A stretch of 64,000 nt of DNA. Source: Takakia lepidozioides. Taxonomy: Eukaryota > Plantae > Bryophyta. Positions 21,960-34,918 of this stretch are shown here, one piece after another; the stretch's first letter is position 1, and each line of letters opens with the position of its first letter. The position numbers and the translations under genes were made by a program. Below the pieces are notes generated by a model, which did no database searches, was not told where the DNA came from, and was given only the letters and a program-made list of their open reading frames with translations. The DNA lies in assembly GCA_030704615.1 (NCBI GenBank), contig CM060734.1, forward strand, positions 30,814,001 through 30,878,000, written 5' to 3'.

Positions 21960-22630
21960 TGCCTTTGCGCTTGGAAGACATGGATAATCTTCAAGATCCA
22001 AGGGGTTGGAGTAGTGATAGAATGATAGCTTTTTGGATTACCTGGAAGGGCTTATCTAATCCCTACCAAGTTACGTGTAAATGTGTAGTTTTGCATTCCT
22101 TTACTTGGATGGGACTTTGAGAGCATTGTAAGAAATATGGTAGTACAGACTAGTCCATTAAAACATGGAAGAAAGGCACAGGTTTTCGGAATTTGATGGT
22201 TTCAGGCATTCATGCTCTTATTGTGCCCGTCTTTTATGAGTAAGTACTAAACTTCATCCCCATTTGTTGTTTCCAACTTTGCATATGAAGTCCCTATCCC
22301 GTCCATTATAGTGTGTATGTCTCAACATACATGTTTTTTACATGCTCACATATTGCAAGTTGTTTTGTAGTTCCCACTGGAGCGTGCTTAATCTGGAGGC
22401 TCACAAATTCCTGCACCTCAACTGTATCTAGAACTCACATAAGATTGTAACCTCCATCAAGATGTGGCCAAATTGTGGGCAGTGCTATGCAACATGTTCC
22501 CTGCATCACCTGAATGAAAGTGGACATGTTCCTCAGCCCGGTGGTTGCGGCCTCTTGTACCCCAACAGCCTTCCAATTGGGAATGTGGTTACTTTTGCAC
22601 TCATTACATTGACATGTACTACCTCCATGA
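21960..22630 (+). pseudogene. Ulp1/SENP (peptidase C48)-like remnant, probably cargo of the outer MULE
   Basis: Fragments GWSSDRMIAFW, HSFTW, ALIVPVF, SHWSVLNL..FLHLN and QQPSNWECGYF in C48 order, broken by stops and frameshifts. Confidence 0.6.
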
Positions 22631-23582
22631 AACGTTTGTTGATCCCCGTCCAAATGGGGCGGGTTCGGTAAGACCTCTGGATTTCTGCTGCTACATTTTG
22701 GCTGTCTCATATGTATTGTGTCATCCTTTCTTAGTAATCGTTTTTGCGCTTGTTTGCAATGCGTAGTTCGACAAGGCGTGGTTTCATGTGGAAGATGCTC
22801 TTCACAAGAGGCTGGAAATGCAACGTATGGTGGAAATGGAGTTGAAAGGGCACACTCCACATGGGCTGCCCAATGTCAACGAGACTGTCGTGCCTGACGA
22901 GGACGACTACCCACTGTTCCTTCTTCTTGTGTAGTTCTTTGATGTTAGTCCACAGTAGCATGTTCCTCACATTCTATTCTGTAGTTGTATTTCAGTGTGT
23001 CCTCATTGACATGAAGCCATTTATAGTGCGAAAAGGTGCTTCACACATGTTCAATAAAAAGGTTGTTGGGCTATCGCATACGTCCCAGTGTGTTGCCACA
23101 CCACATACATGATTGCAATACAAGATTATGGTGTGATTGTCTTCATGTTCAAATCGGTCACGTACTCTTATGTAATGATACATTCATATGGATTTCACAT
23201 TACACATGGGACTACCTGCATTGCATTTGGAGTGCTCGTCCGACATGGATAACTCTCCATATATACAAGGGAGTATCCCATGGACTGCAGTTATGTGGAT
23301 TTCAGAAAAGAATACCAGTGGAATGAAGAGTACATCGGTGGGGACATGAATATGAAACATCACGAAATTGCTAAAACCATATCAGCAAAGTGCTTGCTAA
23401 TGAATAGTAGCCCTAAAACCTCAAGAAGGATTCATTGTTGCGATATCATGCTCAAAATCACAAAGGGTCAAAAGTCTCTTCAGATGTTAGAAAATAGGTC
23501 TACTAGATATTATGCTCTCATTGACGATCTGTACATCATATAACTCGACATCTGCAAAACAGCTACAATGAGGCAAAACTTT

Positions 23583-24419
23583 TCAAGATTGGACCACGAA
23601 TTTGATCAGTAAAGTCTCAATTGATTCGAGATATTTTAATTTGGTAACCGAATATATAATGAACAAACCTAGGTCTACCTCAGAATGAAAACCAGTCCAG
23701 TATAGATCTCGAAACCCACCCTCCTGTCGCAAAATTGTTCGCATCTTTGCGAGAATGCCCTCGTTCTTACTCTTCACTGCCTGAAGCTCAATCGCGCTCA
23801 AGACTATAAGAACGCAGTCTGGTTTAGCTCTCAGTCGCCTGGGTCTGGAACCTTCACCCTTGCCACGGCCTGCCTCATCTTCCTCGGAATCAGTGGACTT
23901 ACATAAGTCAGTGGAGCCATTGGTGATCACATTTAGTAGGTTTTTCAATCTCTCCTGATCTCTCATGTCCATGGCAGTTAACGACGGCGAATCCACCATC
24001 GTGAATATTGTCAGATTTTTCCCGTCCCGTGAGAAGGTCACAGGATAGAATTTATATCTTATTGTCGTCTGCCTATCGCAGGCTGGACCTGCCTCTGCCC
24101 TGCGAATCACATGACCTGTTTCATTGCGGAATACGCGGAACACTAAATTGATGAACGAAGATTTCCCGTGATGCTGAGGCCCGATCACTAAAAGAACAGG
24201 AGGATTGACAGATAGATTCCCGGATTCCCTGTTCCAGACGTAGAACTCATCAAGGGCCTGCATCCTCAGTTGTCGGTTTTTCTGCTCTTCCTCTGCCTTG
24301 GCCTTGGCCTTCTCGCGTTCCATAGACTGGGCCTGGGCCTTAATGGCATCCTCGCGTTCCTTCCTCCTATCTTCTTCTAGAACCCAAACTTCATGAGGCT
24401 TACTAAAAAGGGAACCCAT
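23583..24419 (-). CDS. P-loop NTPase/GTPase-like protein (IFI44-like) with N-terminal myristoylation motif; 3' end uncertain
   Basis: MGSLFS start, coiled coil, LLVIGPQHHGKSSFIN Walker A, QTT (G2-like), MVDSP (G3-like). The ORF tail probably runs into an intron. Confidence 0.65.
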   Translation of the reverse strand: MGSLFSKPHEVWVLEEDRRKEREDAIKAQAQSMEREKAKAKAEEEQKNRQLRMQALDEFYVWNRESGNLSVNPPVLLVIGPQHHGKSSFINLVFRVFRNETGHVIRRAEAGPACDRQTTIRYKFYPVTFSRDGKNLTIFTMVDSPSLTAMDMRDQERLKNLLNVITNGSTDLCKSTDSEEDEAGRGKGEGSRPRRLRAKPDCVLIVLSAIELQAVKSKNEGILAKMRTILRQEGGFRDLYWTGFHSEVDLGLFIIYSVTKLKYLESIETLLIKFVVQS

Positions 24420-25324
24420 TGGACCTGTTTGAATCCGATGATCTCCGTTGGTTTCTCAAGATCCGACTGGTGCTCCTAGACTCAGGACTAGACAATTTTT
24501 CACACTGTAAGGATCACCCTCTCTCTCCTGCTCGTGAACTCTTGTGCTGCAACTTTGGAGATGGCCTTCAGCAACTCGAACTCGAGGATGATCCAATCTG
24601 ACTCTTCTAAACTTTTCTCTGGAGACGAAAATCACTGAGCTGAACAGCACGAAGACTCTCCGCGGTGAGCGGTTGACACTCAGGACTATCCATCTCCACA
24701 CATATACCCTCCCGATTATGTTCAGCAACTGGGAATCTCAATCCTAATCATAGCAAACTAATGTTTGGAGTTGGGTCTCCGATTCATCGAGGTACCATCT
24801 AGATCTCGATGAGCTAGTAATGCATTCATCTTCATCATACTTGTGCCGAAATGCTAACAAGGACTACACGATCATACATGATGATCATTAATTACGTCAA
24901 CTTCACCAAGCTGGTCACCTGAAATTCGTTAAATACACTAACCCGTACATGCAGGAAGTAGTGCTACGGGCAGCTCCTCTCCCTGTGGCCTGCATCTTTC
25001 ATGATCACCATGATAGCCGCCAAGCTGCATGTCAAGTGCCTGTGCAGATAGAGCTGTACGTTCTCTTCAAGCTGAACTAAATTTCGCGGTCATGCAAGAT
25101 CCTACTCCATTCCAAGATCACGGCTCCCGTAGGATGTCGATCTAGCCAAAACGATCCGCAAGGGTGTCGATCTACGAGATCTGAGATCTTACTACGAGTG
25201 CCGTGATCTTGGCGCAAGATCTTACTACTGGACCCTACAGGAGCCGCTTAAGCATGCCGCTTTACTAAAGTACAGGGAACCTGCAATGGAGTACTTAAGC
25301 CTACGGGGGCGCCAAGTAATCACA

Positions 25325-25706
25325 TGTCACACACTAGGTTGGTATGCCTAGGTTAGTGGCTGAAGACAGAAAGCTATAACGGAAGCTGAAGAGACTTATC
25401 GCTAAGCAAGAGAAAGTAACAGTCAGAATGGCAAAGGCCAAGTGTTAGGCCTTTGGGTAGCCAAGTAAGGGAATACCAAAGGGTATCCTGAGAGCAAGGG
25501 GGGGAGTCCTTGGGGAGTATTTTAGGAGGACCCTCGGAGTGTGAGACTCGGGAGGAGGAGACACCGGCCTGTCCTAGAGTTGCAAGGCTGAGAACAAGGT
25601 AGACAGTGGTCTTGGTGAACACTCCTTACCAAGTGGCAAATAGAGGACTCTAGGTTGGGTGGTTAACTTGCTCACATGACGTTAATGTGAAGACAGGCCT
25701 CTGACA
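25325..25706. mobile_element. Solo LTR (382 bp)
   Basis: TGTCA...TGACA termini flanked by the 5-bp direct repeat TCACA (25320-25324 and 25707-25711). Confidence 0.75.
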
Positions 25707-26163
25707 TCACACCGCCCTTCTAAATTAGCCCGCCGGGAAGTCTTCCTCTCTCTAGACCTCAGATCTCTACCGATACGGTCTATTTGTCGCAACTCAACTA
25801 GTCTCTCTGCTGTTACCTAGTGAGTGCTTACAAGTATTATGTAGTTCTACGCCAATTCACTGCCTTGGATAACAAGTTCAATCCAAAGTCGTTATACTTA
25901 GTGCTTGAGGCAAAGAGAGAATTCTCTTTTCCTGGAAGCGAGTATTAAGTCGAGCTATCCTGATTCATTTCTCTCCCTTCTGCTGATAACTCTTAGCTTT
26001 GGTGGTACATATCGAGCACTTTCCTCACACAAGAGGCACTACGGGAAGATTCAAGACTTCAGCTCTAAAGCCCGCGGTCGTTATAGAGTACCATTTCATT
26101 TCATTTCATTTCTCGTCGCCAATTAGCTGAATGCGCAGTTGAATACCGAGTGCCCTGACCACG

Positions 26164-27030
26164 ATGCAGGCCCTGAAGTCTCAAGGGCGGCGATGTGCTG
26201 AATTTCCTGCCGCTGTGCTCAATTCTTTCGTCCGTTATATTTCCTCTCGTGTTCAATTCTCTCGTAACTCATATCAATTCAGCATTTGGAGGAGCGACTC
26301 CGCTGCGATCAATGAGTGCCAGGAGAATGATGAACAATTCCTAACCATGTACAAGCAATATTCCAGAGTACTTGCACTCTGCGAGGAAGAGGCCTGGGCC
26401 AAAGATGTTGATGCCGCACTACAGGAGCGGGCTGGTGGAGTTCAAAATTTCAAACCCATCCAGATAATAATTGTCTCCACAAAAGATCCTGAGCGAGCAG
26501 TAAGAGAAATCGAATCGGCAGCGGAGAGAACGGTGGAATCAGGCCAGACGCTGGCACTGATCATAGCTGGAGCAGGAACTACCTCGGATTCCTGGTTTGA
26601 CGTTGATCAGAATAGACTGTATCACCCCTTGCTCAACACACTCGGTATAATCATACACCGAGGTCATCACGTAAAGTTCATTTATATGTTTCTTTCTTCC
26701 CGTAATTTGTAGTCTTGCAAGCACTCGTCGTTCAGTCCAAGAATTTCAATCATTCCAGACATTGCCTTCAGACTCAGTGAAGCGTTCGTCGGCCTCAAAA
26801 TTGTTATTTAAGAAGGATTTGATGACGTTTTGGCGTGCAGTACAGATCAAGAGGCAACCTTAAAAAATTATCATGATTTCGTGGTTGTTCCGTATACGGA
26901 GAAAGCTACATTTCGGTGGAGATATTTCGGACATGAGAAGATCAACCGAAACGATACCTTTCCCGAGAGTCTTCGGAGCAAGACGTTCCTTGTCACCAGG
27001 CGGTCATGGCCATGCACAAGGCTTCAATAA
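26164..27030 (+). other. Possible gene or pseudogene of unknown function
   Basis: A 182-aa ORF with globular alpha/beta-like composition, then a short downstream ORF after a possible intron; no family recognised. Confidence 0.3.
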
Positions 27031-27779
27031 GCTCTACGTTGAATTCAGTGTTCAGTGTGGAATGGGCTGCCGTCAAAACGATTGAGAGTACTGAACTGTA
27101 TACATTTTTGGAAACTGTGTTGAAGCGTTTGGTATTTAAAACTTTTGACATGAATGATCAAGCTGAGTGAAGTCGTCCCTGGGCCTAATCTAGACCTTGG
27201 CAATCCTGGGAAAGGTCTCGGTAATGGACTTGGTTGCAGCTTGGTCTGAGTATCACTGACTCCGAAGATCACACAGGTAAGTCAGTTTTTTCCTCATCTT
27301 CAGTACGTATTGCAACAATGACGAGATTCAATCCTGAATGGGTTGGGAATAAATATGGATCTAATCTTGTCGTTAGCGGCGCCTTCGAGATGTGTAACCT
27401 GTTGGAGCGAATTTTTACTAGAAAATGGTGGTCTGCTTGTCACATTGCAGACTCACCACTGTCTGCCCTATGTTTTCTGGATGTACAGAAACACCACTTC
27501 CTCTGACCATCGAAACCCTTCAAATCAACAGGGGCCCAGATTCGTTTTCAGATAACTCCAATGTCAGATCTCTAGAACCAGGTGACTTGGTATATGTGGT
27601 TTTTGATGTTTTTCATATTTGTTTTCATTTCCAAAAAACTTCTAAGTCCTAGAAGTGGATTCCCACTCCCTTCACCCGCTCCCCATCTTCACCTACCGAT
27701 AATAGAACAACAGGTAATACATTCTCAATTACATATAATGTATTTTTGAATGAAGTCTTACAAAAGATAGAAACAGCAT

Positions 27780-30700
27780 TTACTTGCCGATGCAAAATCG
27801 GCTGAAAATGTTAGACAAAACCTCCTCAGAAACATCATCACCACTAATCCGCCCCAGTGATATGGCAGCCTCCTTGATATCTACTGTCCACATGTCCATT
27901 GGAAGTCCCTGCTGCACCACCTCTTTCACTCTTTGTAATGCCTCACTTGCTCTTACCAGTTGCTCTGCTTGTCTCTGTCAGAGTAAAATTCGCTTCAGAC
28001 ATAGAATGCAGACATCCAAATCAGGTATTGAGGATGATATCCAAGTGCACCCTTGGGGAATCTAACAACGAATTGCTGGTAGATATGCCAATAAACAACC
28101 AGGGGCTAGGTGAGATTAGTAGCCTAAACAAGGTTTACTATGCTAAATGGGGATATCTGGTCAAGAATTGGTGGTGGTACCCATAGTCCAGGAAGAAAAG
28201 CTATAAGGATAGATAACTTGCATTTTTTTATCTGTGCCAACAGCAATGATAGTGAGAAGATTTCCAATCTGTGAAAACAACATTCTCTTCCACAAAAGTA
28301 TTACCTCTGAAAATTGGACATTCAAACAGATAGCAAAGACGACATACCTGGTTGACAGCCCATTGCTGGCCCTCACAAGGCACTTGGCCAACTCCCACTA
28401 GATCTAACATAGCCACATCCAAGTCCTGCATGCCAACACCCTGGATGGCACACGTAGCCACCCTCTTGCAAAACACATGAGCCACCTCATCAGGCAGCAC
28501 CACTGAAGCTGCAGCGGCTCTATCGACCTTGTTCACCACTAGAATAGAAGGAGCATGCCTTGCTTTCTGCGACAGTGACCAGGAGACAATCAGTAGAAGA
28601 CCATATTAATTGGTAAGACAGAAAGGGGACAGTAACCGAAAGGTGAAGTGGCTCTTACTTAACGCCGACTTCGGCCAGAGTCCTCCTCTCTCTCGTAAGA
28701 CAGGGACTAAAGCAGGCTGAAAACGCAGCAGCTCTATCCACTTTGCTCACCACTCCAATCAGAAGAGCATGACTAGCTGCTGACCATATTGGCCAGAATA
28801 AGACTGAGGGCTTAGAACAACACCTCCATTGTTTCGCTGTGAAAGACAGAAAAGTGGGTGACATAGCAAGAGCAAAATACTGCAGTACACAAAGCTGCTT
28901 CTAATAGCTTAATCTCCCAGACTGTTTTGACCATTAAATCTATTTGAGATGTTTGTCTTTGTTGAGGAGTTAGAGATAAAAGAGGTAAGACAGGATGCAG
29001 AACGCACTTGTACTGTAGGAACATCTGTGGGAGGGCTCATAGGACCAGCAAGGGCATGTGCTGCCTGCGGCTCAGAGAGAGCTATTTCAGTGCCCCAGAT
29101 CCGCTGGAAGATAGTTGCATCATCGGTTATCCACCCATCAAGAGCACTTATCACCATCACAACCACATCTGCTCCCTTGGCAACTGCCTCTGATCTCTGT
29201 ACTCCTGCACCAAAAATCCCTCTCTGTCTTCAACCCAATTTATTTCTTGAGCACCCTTTCAGAGGAAGCAAGAGCCATCTAGCTTGCAAGGAAGTGAGTA
29301 TCAACATGAAAGCCAGACATGACCAAGCTTTCTAAAATCATAACTACCCCAAGTTAAAATTTAACAAGTCTATTTTGATATCAGAGAAGGAGATGCAGAG
29401 GAAATGTTCGGAAAGAAAGTTGAAGGATGATAAGGGGGAAAATCCTAAAAATGCAATAAGCCACCACACATTGTGGGAAGAGATGAGACCTCACAAAAGA
29501 TACATCCATAAACAAGATTTGAGATAGTGAGCCTACCAATCCGCTCCACAGTATCAAGGGTATCTCGGATGCCTGCCGTGTCCAACAGGTTGACAGTGAT
29601 ACCCCCAACCACCATATGTGCCTCCACAATGTCACGTGTGGTTCCTGGCACATCGGTGACTATCGCCCTCTCACTCTGCATCACTCACATTAGTCACAAT
29701 TACTGTTTAGCCATCTTATTTCAAACATACTCTTGATTGTCAGCCGACTTGATTCTAGAGTCAAATCTTCTACAAGACCAAACTGTTTGCCAACCCCCAC
29801 CCTTTCCAAGCCTCACATGTACAAGGTTAGTATAAAATTTTGGAGTAATAATGGAAGTCCGTCTGTGTCGTAACGTGCCTTGCATTACATACTATAGAAT
29901 ACCTGCTGCAGGGTGGTCATACTAAGGGCAACTACCCTAAACATTTGAAGACCGTATGTTAAGCGCCTTTCAATCGCAAAAGTTCCAGGGTCAGTGAGCC
30001 TCTCTTCCATAGTCTTTTAGTGTACCACGAGACTTTCAGTGTCTATTCTACCCTATTTAATTTTTGCCAGTACACAAAAAAGATTGCCTCACCTACTTGG
30101 CTCCAAGCATTCAGCAGACTTGACTTGCCCACATTTGGCCTCCCGACTATAGCCACCTGACAGAATCAACAACCCAACCATTATCTCTCCTTCTCAGCCT
30201 AAATCATACACAAAGTGACTCTTGCATGGCCTTCTAATTCAGAGAAACAGGAGCAGAGTAGAGCACAGTAGGTCCATGGTTCAATGGCACCAAGTGATTT
30301 GACGCCCCACCTGCTTCCAGCTTCTACCTACTAATTGCCACTGGCTAGGGGTCAACCAAGGTGTCCATCAAGAGAAATCAATGCTTGCTATCACCTTTCC
30401 ATACATTAACATAGGGTATTCACCTGCAAGCCTGATTGAAGCAAACGTCCACGGCCTGCAGTGGCCAAGGCTTGTTGTATGCACTGCCACATAGTGTCAA
30501 TCCTGGCAGTCAGAGCACACGTGTCCAGGCTGGGCATCTCATCGTCAAAATCAAGGCGAGCCTCAATCTCCACCAGCAAGTCGATGCATTCCCTCCGTAA
30601 AGACTGCACAAATTTTGAAAGCCCTCCCTGCCATACAAGTCCTGATATTACAAAAATGTCTACTCAAGCCTCTTGATGGACTGGACACTGCTTAAATACA

Positions 30701-33444
30701 GTGGATGATCACCTAATTACTAGGACCTGCTCTGAACCCAAACAGAAATGCCAAGTATGTCCATGGCTACTCTTTCCAAAATGGATGGACTCCTTTGCAT
30801 ACAGCAGCATTACCTGAATGCCAGACAGGGCTGTTTCTGCAGCCTGAGATGTTTTGGCAGCCACTAATTGGGCCACATTTTCTGCCTGTGCAAGATCTAG
30901 GCGCCCATTCAAAAAAGCTCGCAACGTAAACTCTCCTGCATCCATCCCAACACTATCCTCTTGACGTAGATCATCACTGCCAAGGCTTCTTCTCCCAACA
31001 TGATATTAAGACCCTCACTACAGTATTTCTTTCTACATCTGTCCCTCTTCCTTCGGTCCTTCCTCCTTTCCACTATCATCTGAAACACGTGCAATAGCAA
31101 AATGCAGAACGCTGGTCAAGAAACAGGAGTTCAAGAACAAAGTACCATTGCAAAAACTTGATAAAAATTTGCCTTCACATGAAGCTATGTAGCAACCAGC
31201 TGCGTGGCTTCATTACAACAAAAGGTGAGGGCAAATGAAGAGAACATGCACCATCAGACAAGAAAAGGAACCCACCAGGCTGTGCGAGCCTTGCACCAGC
31301 CTCGAGGCAGAGTTGCAATACCCGACGCACACACACATCACCCCCATGGCACTGTAGCTCCACTACATCTTCTCGTGTGTACGATCTTGGTGCCAACATT
31401 GGCACCACCAATATCTGCCTCAGCACATTATGCTTCAAAACTCCTCTCTTCCTCTCTTTATCTATCCAAAAAAAGCTGATTGTGGGGTGACATAAGAGTG
31501 TGTTGCATGCATATCCAACTACAGCATAGCTAACAGGCTGAGGCATAGACCCTGAACAAATGCACTACGTGCAATCTCTGAGAATGTATCTTTCAGGTCC
31601 ACATTTTCCTTTGTTCACAAATCTAGCATGTGTGCATGCTCAGTTGAAAATGTTGTGCAGCCATCCCAGCAGCTTCGAAGGAGAGTTTAAGAGAGACAAA
31701 GACAGCTGCAACCCTTGGCAGTCGTCCCAATTACATACCTCATCTACAAGTGCACTGGAAGCATCCACCAGCATTCCATACTCCACCTGGTGACTCTTGG
31801 GACACCACGAGGAGTCTCCTGCAATACCTAGCCTTCCATTTGTAGACCTCCGTGCTGGGCGAAAAAAACGAGCTGTGATCTCAATGGCCGATGGCCCTGA
31901 TAAACGCACAATTGCAACGGCCCCTTGCAGGCCTCCCATGGCTGTCACGATGGCAGCTATTGTATCACCATCTGATGACGCTTGGCTTGCAGTTCCCACT
32001 CTTCTCTCTTCAAGTGCAATCTCCTTTTCCAGCCGCACATCCCTAGTACACTCTGATACTCCAGCTGCTGAGACAACACAACCCTGTTACACTCAGTTGC
32101 TGGTAACTCCACAGGCCTGAGACCAGCACCCCTGGCCAAACAACTTTGTAGCACACAAGTTGAACCCTACAAGTTTATTCGTTCAATGCCAGGAATTAAA
32201 GTGTCAAAATCATGACCAAATATCTCTTGAGCATTATATTTCTACTCACCTGCATATGAATATACTTGCCTGCACTGGCAAGGAACAGGTTGCTACATGC
32301 ATACAAAGCGAAATAACCTGCAAAATATATGCGAGTGGTAAATACTAGACCTAAGAGTTGTCTCCTTTCCGATGGAGAAAGCCTCGTGAAAAGATGTCTA
32401 ACAAGCCCACCGTGTGTTCCTTGTAGCTGTCTTTTTGCATAGAATCTGTGACATGGCCTGGAAAAAGGACACCACCAGACAAACGGTCAGCAAAATTACC
32501 AGGGACGAGAAGATCAGGAAATCACCTGAAATATGCAAGTCAAAACAATGGCCTGGTCGCACTGAGCCAATCAAACGTGCAAGCAGGAAACAAGGATCCA
32601 GATATGCCTTTTAATTTTTGCAGAGGAGGAGGGAGTTACTAAGAGTTGGGAAACTAGATTCTGTAGAGGGTTGTTCAAAATAATTGTCAACATCTGTCAC
32701 AAAAGGAGGCACCCCACAACCAAGAGTGGTACCCCATCGCGACACATGATCGAACATATATCAGTTGAGAAGCACTACTCAGGCTAATTTCTGTCCAGAC
32801 ACAATATTTCGCATCAAACCACCGATGTTAACCAGACTGCAAAACCATGTCACTGTCGTGTGCAATAGTGATGATAATGGTATGGCTCTTCATCTCATAT
32901 CGACAACTGAGGAGCTTGTCGGAGAATCAATTTCACGACTTTGTATTTCAAATTAAATGGACCTTGTTGTCTAGCACACATCATCAGACTGATTCAAAAA
33001 CCCCAGTCTCATAGTCATACGAGCAGAGAGCCATCGTTACAGGCTATACGTCTGCTACATCTCATATGCACATTGTCCTGATCAATAGATTGCTGCATTC
33101 AACATAATCTGCTGACGTCGCCACATACACGGACTGTGATGTCCCTGGAACAGCTCTCGGGTCCATTTGAATGTCACAAGATTTTCTAACAGATTTTCCT
33201 CTTTGCCTCGCCAACCATAACGTCATATTTACCCCACTTGTCACATTGAATCCTTGATCCTGCCTAATAGTACAGTCCAAAGACATCCATGCAAGAAATG
33301 AAGCGGATACCTGGCTAACCTGCATCCGAAAAAGTGGCAACCAGCAGCACTGATGGAGATAGGACGCAATAAAACAATCCCGAAGATGGCCGGCATTCGC
33401 TGCACAAGGCTAGGAATGCTAGAGAGACCCGTGAAGGGCGTCAT
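27780..33444 (-). CDS. trmE: tRNA modification GTPase MnmE/TrmE, organellar, multi-exon; start uncertain
   Basis: [95 protein letters not shown] and C-terminal FCIGK*. Confidence 0.93.
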
Positions 33445-34918
33445 GCCATGCAATCACAGAAGCGTTTAACAGTGGACACTAGCAGCAGCTCAGCGTGAAC
33501 GGGAAGAGAGTGTCACAACAGCAGTAAATCCTACTTTCCCAGATTCTAAGGGCGACTGAAGTGGATTCATCAGGTTTCATGCATTGAAAATCTTCACCGT
33601 CCTACTCTTCGGTAAGGACAAACCTCCGTGCGTGCTGCAAACCCAGACGGAAACATGGAAGGGACAATGGAGGGGAGGGCAGTCTAATAAGTTGATGTGC
33701 TGCTGTCATTCTACTCTTTGAGGGGCACATGATATTGTCTTGACTGCCGCAATCTACTGGAATTGGTGATGTGGATCAAACTTGAAAGTGCAAAGAGGAC
33801 TGGGTATCATTCGAAAGGAGAACAGAAATCGGATTACAAAGATTTAGAGTCAAAGGGTAATGATGAGAAGGCGAGCACTCCCCCTGGAGCTTGGAGGTCA
33901 CTCACATTCACTTCATCGCTATTCAGTTTCGGCAGACCTCTCGATGTTATGATCTGGCTCTAACCAGGTCCATAACCATTTTGCCACGACACCACAGGTA
34001 CTGCAGTATGAGAAACCTCACTCATCAGAAACCTAGGAAACCCTCTCAATATAAAATATTAGGGGTCCCAAATTCTGGCAGGGGCTATTTCTGAAGGTTG
34101 AAAAAAGGAGGAGGATTGGAGCGGCCAATGGGGAGGGAGGGCACCTGGGTTGGAATGGGTGAAATGTGAGGCCACCTGGAGAGGCTAGCATACAAGTAGG
34201 AGGGCGGCCCTCCTAATTCTAGAGCCCAGAGAAAATGTGGTCAAAGGACCTTCCACCGTGTCAAGGCAACGATTGGTGTATAATTGCTCCCTAGTCTTCC
34301 CTTCCTCTTATGTTTTGCCAAAGCAAGAGAGAGAGTTGCCCTTTGAGGCTTGCTCAATAAGAGAGATGTTACCTGAGGAAGGCAATTTAGGAAGAGCAAA
34401 GGAGAGGAAGTGACACCCAGGGAAGGCAGAACAAGGTCTTGGCAATTTTTGACACCGATGCGTAGTCTACTCTTTAGAATAGAGAGGAGCCAACAAAAGC
34501 ACACTTGTCACACAATTCTCAACCTCTCATACCATGAGACCTCCTTCTTTGACCATTAGACTACCCATCACAAGCCAGTAACTCAAACTGGGTGTCCAAA
34601 ATGTATTCTTTAAAACAATCCAAAAATTGAGATGGCTATCCTAAAGGCTAGAACTATTTGTATGGCCTTATTAGCAGGTTTGGTACACTACAACTGCTTG
34701 TCCTGGACTCGGGTTGATCATACCAAATGTTAAAAAGGCACCTTTGATGGCATGACAGGTCAGCGACCTTTTTATTTACGAGATGAAGAGCACTAATGCC
34801 CATAAAGAATCAAATTCTACCCACCCCCGCCGCCACCATTGATGCAAGGTGCTTCTCTCAGTGTGCCCTGAACGCAGAATAATATGTCACATTGATGAGA
34901 CTGCCACCCCGCCTGGTC

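Noticed and set aside
33945-34515. Second solo LTR between MnmE and BTAF1
   Set aside because: LTR-like composition, but I could not find matching termini with a TSD.
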